64,000 nucleotides of DNA from Candidatus Saccharimonadota bacterium (GTDB taxonomy: Bacteria > Patescibacteriota > Saccharimonadia > Saccharimonadales > DTSZ01): positions 220,937-284,936 of the forward strand of contig DTSZ01000001.1 of the NCBI GenBank assembly GCA_012965045.1. The letters are read 5' to 3'. Numbering within the stretch: position 1 is the stretch's first letter; every line of letters starts with the position of its first letter. The translations under genes were made by a program, and so were the position numbers. The notes beneath the pieces were generated by a model. That model ran no database searches, had not been told where the DNA came from, and was given only the letters and a program-made list of their open reading frames with translations. Shown piece by piece: positions 63,790-64,000 of this stretch.

Positions 63790-64000
63790 TATTTAGCCTC
63801 CGCTTTTGCTTTAGTGGCTTTTGTCTTTTTCTTTTCTGTCGGTTCATCAAGTGTAGTAACCCAGTTTTCTTTTGGCTGTAGGGCTTTTAAGGCGTCGATT
63901 GTAGCGTAGGCAACGTTGATTTTGTTGCTTGACCCAAGTGACTTACTAAGTATGTTCTTAACCCCAATCACGTCAATGATTGAACGAACTGTACCGCCAG
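63789..64000 (-). CDS. rpsE: 30S ribosomal protein S5, 3' part (continues beyond the window end)
   Basis: The frame is open to nt 64000 (...[37 protein letters not shown]). The stop overlaps the rplO ATG by 1 nt. Lys-rich C-terminal tail. Confidence 0.85.
   Translation of the reverse strand, partial: GGTVRSIIDVIGVKNILSKSLGSSNKINVAYATIDALKALQPKENWVTTLDEPTEKKKTKATKAKAEAK

Noticed and set aside
1177-63881. About 60 shorter ORFs in the supplied track that lie antisense or out of frame inside longer genes (e.g. 1177-1437, 2871-3257, 4164-4496, 12061-12366, 23090-23485, 31002-31355, 35351-35620, 45705-46148, 59363-59686, 62208-62462).
   Set aside because: Each is fully embedded in a longer ORF whose product has clear family motifs. 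Their translations are low-complexity or Cys/Ser/Leu-rich shadow sequences with no motifs, so I treat them as non-coding frame shadows.
1-64000. Scan for CRISPR arrays, transposases, integrases, prophage genes and rRNA.
   Set aside because: I found no regularly spaced direct repeats, no DDE/tyrosine/serine recombinase motifs, no phage structural genes and no rRNA-like sequence. The only accessory-looking region is the hsd/RT operon and its left neighbours, and I could identify no flanking att-like repeats by eye.

Overview
Gene-dense, mostly minus-strand bacterial chromosome segment. No transposase, integrase, CRISPR array or rRNA was seen. The reduced-genome hallmarks suggest a CPR/Patescibacteria (Saccharibacteria-like) organism, but this taxonomy is inference only: ATGA-type start/stop overlaps, convergent genes overlapping at their 3' ends, no L30 gene between rpsE and rplO, a Cys-less L36, ribosomal proteins with charged extensions, orphan histidine kinases, and many small membrane or hypothetical ORFs. 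Layout: (1) 14-2171: MoaA-like radical SAM gene coupled to a CYTH gene, with a convergent GreA-like gene. (2) 2468-3441: FNR-like oxidoreductase and AbrB-type regulator. (3) 3587-12653: a single six-gene Type I R-M operon (hsdM, GIY-YIG/DUF4357, 349-aa unknown, hsdS, Abi-like reverse transcriptase, hsdR). This is the most unusual locus in the window. (4) 12.7-28.7 kb: small membrane proteins, then a surface-protein/HK/ABC/Crp operon, a metal-related cluster (zincin, permease plus TIGR03943-like partner, ZIP) and an AI-2E transporter. (5) 28.7-36.5 kb: housekeeping operon dnaX-dnaB-membrane-ybaB-recR-DHH-cysS. (6) 37.6-47.6 kb: secE-nusG-rplK-rplA ... rplJ-rplL cluster, interrupted by unknown ORFs and by a thymidylate-metabolism cluster (tdk, dcd-like, tmk, tmk-thyX fusion). 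(7) 47.7-53.2 kb: GT2, PAS histidine kinase, tRNA-Trp, rpmG, tRNA-Thr/Tyr/Thr, TPR protein. (8) 53.2-64.0 kb: holB, rluA-family, trpS, then rpsI through the 3' part of rpsE (rpsE-rplO-secY-X-infA-rpmJ-rpsM-rpsK-rpsD-rpoA-rplQ-rplM-rpsI). All calls rest on the supplied ORF track plus motifs read by eye. No database search or computation was run.
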